NCBI GenBank assembly: GCA_963793305.1
Contig: CAWBZV010000003.1
Span: forward strand, 1,280,001-1,344,000
Reading direction: 5' to 3'
DNA: 64,000 nucleotides
From: an uncultured Gemmatimonadales bacterium
Lineage (GTDB): Bacteria > Gemmatimonadota > Gemmatimonadetes > Gemmatimonadales > Gemmatimonadaceae
Shown here: one piece after another, positions 59,734-64,000 of the stretch
How the letters are laid out: each line of letters begins with the position of its first letter
Position numbering within the stretch: the stretch's first letter is position 1
Translations under genes and position numbers: made by a program
The notes under the pieces: generated by a model
The model's input: the letters and a program-made list of their open reading frames with translations, nothing else
Database searches by the model: none
Told to the model about the DNA's origin: nothing

Positions 59734-61194
59734 ATGCCCGGCGACACCACGATCGTTTACAACCCCAGCACCACTGACTACGGCCCGGCGATCCAAGCGG
59801 CGATCGCCACGGCAAATTCAGCCGGCGGCGGCACAGTGAGTATCCCATCGGGCACTTATCCGGTTCTCACGACGATCAACTTCCAGAGCGGGACTGGTGT
59901 GACAATCCAAGGCGCCGGACTGGGCACGACGCTCGCATGCCAGATGGCGAGCCCGAATGCGGGTGGGATCGTCGCATCATCGACGACCCGTTGTGCCATT
60001 CGGGATCTTCGCATGACTGGCGCGGGGACCACGACGACGCTGAACGGGTTGATCTTCGCCCAAGCCGCCACACAGCTCACCGTTGATTCCGTGCGCTTCG
60101 AGAACGGTGGGAGTCATCTCAGTCTGAACGGCTGCACCTACTGCACGGTCTCGAACACCTCCCACAACGGTCTGACAATCCCCTCACAAGTCCTCGTCCT
60201 CTACCAGTGCAAGTGGTGCTCGCTGATCAATCCGATCGTATCGGGCTTCGCTTTTCCGTCACAGATTGGCGGGACCCCACGCGTCATTATTCTCAACGAC
60301 TGCACGGACGTGAACGTCAATGGGGGCAGCATCACCAATGTCGACCTCTCTCCCACGGGCGGTGGTGCCGGGTTCTCGTTCTTCAACTCCAATCATTGCA
60401 CGCTGACCGGCTTCACAGTCAGCGGGTTGGGGTCCGCCGATGGAATCGAGGTGTCGACGGGCTGCAGCTACATCGCGATCAGCAACTGTGACTCGTCCAA
60501 CAACAGCCAGAACACCGGAACGGGCAGCCCGGTGGGCGACGGGTTCGACATCTTCCATTCGTCGTACATCCGCATATCCAACTGCATTGCGTACAGCAAC
60601 GGCACGAACGGCGCTCACCCGGGGTTCGAGATCGTGACGTGTAACGACGTCTCGATCACGAACTGCCTCAGCCAATCGAACAACTCACACGGCTTCCTCA
60701 TCGAGGCGTCGACCGACGTGTTGCTGTCGGGATGCAGCGCCATTGATAACGGCGACTCCGGAGTGTACGCGACCTCAGGGTCGGGGGTGCAAACGCAAGA
60801 CCTCCGTATTATCGGCGGTGACTGCAGCAGCAACAACCGGAACGGAACGACGGATCCCACCATGCCCTGGCGGGAATCGGGCATCGTGCTTTACGACGCC
60901 ACGACGGCCTGGATCGTCGGCACGCGAGCGTCCGAGCCCAACTCGGCGTCGCCGGAACAACGGTATGGGATCTACGTCAACAATACCTCGACGGCGACGA
61001 TCATTGGCTGTCACACTGCGAGTAACGCCGTTGACAACATCTTTGTGTATAGCATGGCGACCGCGAAACCGATCGCCGGTGATACGAATCTAGGGACGGT
61101 GATCGTCAGTGGCTCCAAGGACGGGAATGTGGCGCTCGCCAGCTTGGTTTCGGCGCTGGCAGGGCTCAACATCATTCACGACGGGACGAGCTAA
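59734..61194 (+). CDS. Right-handed beta-helix (pectate-lyase-3/tailspike-like) protein
   Basis: GGAG RBS; AIQAAIATA..GGGTVSIPSGTY, GVTIQGAG; repeated ISNC..xN..GF; no signal peptide. Confidence 0.8.
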   Translation: MPGDTTIVYNPSTTDYGPAIQAAIATANSAGGGTVSIPSGTYPVLTTINFQSGTGVTIQGAGLGTTLACQMASPNAGGIVASSTTRCAIRDLRMTGAGTTTTLNGLIFAQAATQLTVDSVRFENGGSHLSLNGCTYCTVSNTSHNGLTIPSQVLVLYQCKWCSLINPIVSGFAFPSQIGGTPRVIILNDCTDVNVNGGSITNVDLSPTGGGAGFSFFNSNHCTLTGFTVSGLGSADGIEVSTGCSYIAISNCDSSNNSQNTGTGSPVGDGFDIFHSSYIRISNCIAYSNGTNGAHPGFEIVTCNDVSITNCLSQSNNSHGFLIEASTDVLLSGCSAIDNGDSGVYATSGSGVQTQDLRIIGGDCSSNNRNGTTDPTMPWRESGIVLYDATTAWIVGTRASEPNSASPEQRYGIYVNNTSTATIIGCHTASNAVDNIFVYSMATAKPIAGDTNLGTVIVSGSKDGNVALASLVSALAGLNIIHDGTS

Positions 61195-62039
61195 TCTCCG
61201 ATGCTCCAGCGCGCGATGAGGGCCGAGTAGAGACGACCCGCGATTGGACCCGGACGGCCGTCCCCCACGGGGCGGCCGTCGATCGCGACGACCGGCATCA
61301 CATCGTTCGTCGTGCCCGTCAGGAAGCTCTCGCTCAGCCTTGGAATATCGTCGACGAACATCGGCTCCTCCCGTACCGCGAGTCCCAACTCGTGCGCCAA
61401 TTCCAGCACGACCTCTCGCGTAATGCCCGGCAGGATGTAATTGCTCCTCGGGTGTGTTCGAACCACGCCATCGATCACGCCAAAGAAATTCGTAGCCGCG
61501 CCTTCCATGATGACGCCATCGCGCATCAGGATCGCCTCGTGCACGCCCGCGGCCACGGCCTTCTGCTTGGCCAACACATTGGGCAACAGGTTGACCGTCT
61601 TGAGATCACACCGCGCCCAACGCTGGTCAGCTAGCAGAATAGTGCCGACTCCCGAAGCCCTCTTGTCGTGCAGTGGTGTAAATATGCTCGCGCTCGCGTA
61701 CACCGTGACCGGCGTACCGGCCGGCGGGAATTGATGCGTTCGAGGCGCCGCGCCGCGCGTGACTTGCCAGTACACCGTCGCCTCACCGCGCGCGAGCCCG
61801 TTGTCGCGGAGCAGACGAAGAGAGATCGCAACCAGCTCGGAGGGCGAGTATACCAGGTCGAGACCGGCCAAGCTGCGTTCCAGCCGCCGCACGTGGCGAT
61901 CGACCTCCAGCAACACCCCATCCCGCGAGCGCGTAACCTCATAGACCCCGTCGCCGAACACGAACCCTCGGTCATCGACGGAGACGACCGCCTGGTCGCG
62001 GTCTACAAACTGGCCATTCACATACACGATGCCTGTCAT
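61191..62039 (-). CDS. dat: D-amino acid aminotransferase (class IV PLP)
   Basis: DRGFVFGDGVYE, YWQVTRG..R.H, RWARCDLKTVNLL, EGAATN, ILPGITR. Confidence 0.88.
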   Translation of the reverse strand: MTGIVYVNGQFVDRDQAVVSVDDRGFVFGDGVYEVTRSRDGVLLEVDRHVRRLERSLAGLDLVYSPSELVAISLRLLRDNGLARGEATVYWQVTRGAAPRTHQFPPAGTPVTVYASASIFTPLHDKRASGVGTILLADQRWARCDLKTVNLLPNVLAKQKAVAAGVHEAILMRDGVIMEGAATNFFGVIDGVVRTHPRSNYILPGITREVVLELAHELGLAVREEPMFVDDIPRLSESFLTGTTNDVMPVVAIDGRPVGDGRPGPIAGRLYSALIARWSIGD

Positions 62040-62891
62040 ATGCTGAAGTATATCGCAGTCGCCTTGCTCCAGATCACTCAAGGAACCACGACGGTCGGAT
62101 CCGTTAAGATCCATTACTTGCAGTCCGGCCCGACCAAGTCGGACCACGCGTTGGTTCTGATCCCGGGTTGGCGCCTGCCAGCGTATCTCTGGACGGAGCA
62201 GCTGACACACTTCGGGGCGACCGAGCGCGTGATCGCGATCGACCCGCGCTCTCAAGGCCCGTCGACGAAGACGACCGAGGGCAACACCCCCGAAGTCCGC
62301 GCGGCCGATCTCCACGGCGTACTCGCCAACCTCGGCGTGGCCCACGCAACCCTCGTCGGTTGGTCGCAGGGCGCGCAGGATGTCGCGGCCTACTTGGCCG
62401 AATTTGGCACGTCGACTGTGGATGCGGTGGTCCTGGTCGACAGTCCTGTGTCGTGGGGCCCGGCTGAAGTCGACGCGCACCCGGCGTTCTCGAAGATTAT
62501 TCTGTCAGGCATCCCGAATTACGCGAAATCCCCCGAGGACTATTCCCGTGGGATGGTCCGCTCGATATTCGTCCAGCCGCATCCCGATCTCGATATAGAC
62601 AAGATCGTGCAGTCAACGATGCAAACACCGCCAGATATCGGCGTCGCGATGCTCACTCAGGATATTTTCGGCGCCGATCGTCGCCCACCGCTCCGTGCGC
62701 TCGACAAGCCAGCCTTGATCCTGGCCGCGGGAAAATCGCCGTTGCTCGATCTGCAGAAAGAAGAGGCCGCGACGATACCGGGATCGCAATTCGTGGTGAT
62801 CGAGAACGCGGGCCACGCGGTCATGGTCGACCAACCCGCGCGGTTCGACAGCGTCCTCGCCGCGTTTCAGTCGGCGGGCAAGACCAAGTGA
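62040..62891 (+). CDS. Alpha/beta hydrolase
   Basis: LIPGW, IDPRSQG, GWSQG nucleophile, AGHAVMVDQP. Confidence 0.88.
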   Translation: MLKYIAVALLQITQGTTTVGSVKIHYLQSGPTKSDHALVLIPGWRLPAYLWTEQLTHFGATERVIAIDPRSQGPSTKTTEGNTPEVRAADLHGVLANLGVAHATLVGWSQGAQDVAAYLAEFGTSTVDAVVLVDSPVSWGPAEVDAHPAFSKIILSGIPNYAKSPEDYSRGMVRSIFVQPHPDLDIDKIVQSTMQTPPDIGVAMLTQDIFGADRRPPLRALDKPALILAAGKSPLLDLQKEEAATIPGSQFVVIENAGHAVMVDQPARFDSVLAAFQSAGKTK

Positions 62892-64000
62892 TCGAACGCC
62901 TCGTACCCACGCAATGGCTCGAGCGCGCGATCGGTGTGCAGGGTCAGGTCGTACGGCTTACCCTGCGTAAACGCGGCGCGTAGCAACTCGACCGCCCCGG
63001 GCCGCTCGCCGAGTTGCGCCGCTATTCGCGCGCGTTGATACGTGTTGCGTCCGAATAAGTACGGGGGCTGCATCGCGGCGAGTTGCGCCGAGTATCGCTC
63101 CGCCGCTGCCCGGTCACCCTTTCGTGCCGCGGCCACACCCAGCCCGCCAAGCGCATCTATATCCCCGATCGACACCCAGATTGATTCGGCCGCCGCGGGC
63201 TGACCAGAAGCGTCGTATGCTTCGGCTAATCCACTCTTATCAGATGATTGCGTCTGGAACCAGCGCACGGCCCGCGCGTAGAGCGCTTGATCAGGGTGCC
63301 CATGCGCCCGGAGCTCGTCGGCCGCAATGAGCATGAGACGTCCGGTGTTCATGGTGTCGCTCGGGACCCAGGGCAATGTCTCATCGAGACGCGACGAGAA
63401 CGTCCGCTGACCGCCCCATAGCCGCGAGGGCGCGGACTTCCGCGGCCATCGTCCGCCAGCCGTTCGGAAACCGGTCGCGTCCTTCCTTCGCGATCGCCAG
63501 CTCGGCGCGGTGATCGCCGATCATGTGATCGGCGGCCGCCGGCAACATCCAGTACCCGTCCCACCCTTTCATCCACCCGCGATTCGCGTCGACGCCTTTG
63601 AGCGCCGCGAGCGCGTGGTGCGGATGGTCGAGCATGAGCTCGAAATACCCGACGTTCGAGCAACCCCTCGCTGCCCGGCGCCGCGTCGACCATCTCGTGC
63701 GACGTGCGGACGGCGGCGGCCCAGTCGCCATGGATCTGCGCGATCGAGTTGTCGAGAAAGAATCGATCGAACGGCGCGAGCTCGGCCCGGCGTGCGGCGA
63801 GTCGCGTAATCAGCGAGTCGGCGCTCGCGTACTGGTGCGTCGTGAGGTACGCGTCGACCGTCCAGAGCACCGGTTGTGCGTAGGTCGAGTCGAGCGCGGC
63901 CGAGCGCAGGTAATGCGCGATCGCCTCGCGTTTTTGGCCACGGGTCTGGAAATCGAGCCCTTGCTCGAACTCCTGGTAGGCCTCGTACGTTGGCGGCGAC
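62867..64000 (-). CDS. C-terminal part of a large TPR protein, two frameshifts (about 63400 and 63662)
   Basis: Continuous helical-repeat sequence across three frames ending RARIAAQLGE..AVELLRAA...LEPLRGYEAF; runs off window end. Confidence 0.7.

Noticed and set aside
18400..61194. Prophage or complete eCIS
   Set aside because: Only two isolated tail-like genes 41 kb apart; no capsid, terminase, sheath, baseplate or integrase.
594..63809. Many long alternative-frame and antisense ORFs (e.g. 3160..4914+, 7120..8469+, 43270..45540+, 39709..40836+)
   Set aside because: Shadow ORFs of high-GC genes; Arg/Ala-rich, no motifs, and they overlap well-supported genes.
1..64000. CRISPR array, tRNA, rRNA, IS transposase
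   Set aside because: No regularly spaced repeats, cloverleaf or rRNA signatures, or transposase motifs were seen.

Overview
High-GC bacterial chromosomal window of about 55 genes. The gene repertoire (many TonB-dependent receptors, a SusC/SusD pair, paired MacB-type permeases, LytS/LytTR, a paralogous TPR family) suggests Gemmatimonadota; this is inference only. Main blocks: (1) 1-13.5 kb, a minus-strand envelope/uptake run: SusC/SusD, beta-propeller phosphoesterase, class V aminotransferase, FecA-like TBDR, then ECF sigma/zf-HC2 anti-sigma/TBDR; (2) 15.9-22.3 kb, a probable metal-homeostasis neighbourhood: a His/Cys-rich DUF2946-like leader ORF before a TBDR, an internally duplicated His-rich lipoprotein with an OM barrel, an RcnR/FrmR/CsoR repressor with operator, and an orphan truncated tail-tube gene; (3) 25.9-40.7 kb, a corrinoid uptake/salvage locus (cobQ-cobU, B12 riboswitch, btuFCD, btuB-like, btuG-like, cbiB, cobD, cobO, cobT-cobS) interrupted by a 2.7-kb CTAG-bounded module (XRE-coiled-coil-TM protein plus AbiEi/AbiEii with a perfect 15-bp operator palindrome); (4) an RND efflux operon, LytS/LytTR, MFS, TPR paralogs, cupredoxin, amidase and fabF; (5) an orphan tailspike-like beta-helix protein, plus a D-amino-acid aminotransferase and a hydrolase whose start codons abut. 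A two-copy structured REP-like repeat occurs at 3.5 and 21.9 kb. Six single-base frameshifts in five genes are most simply sequencing errors. No rRNA, tRNA, CRISPR array or transposase was recognised.
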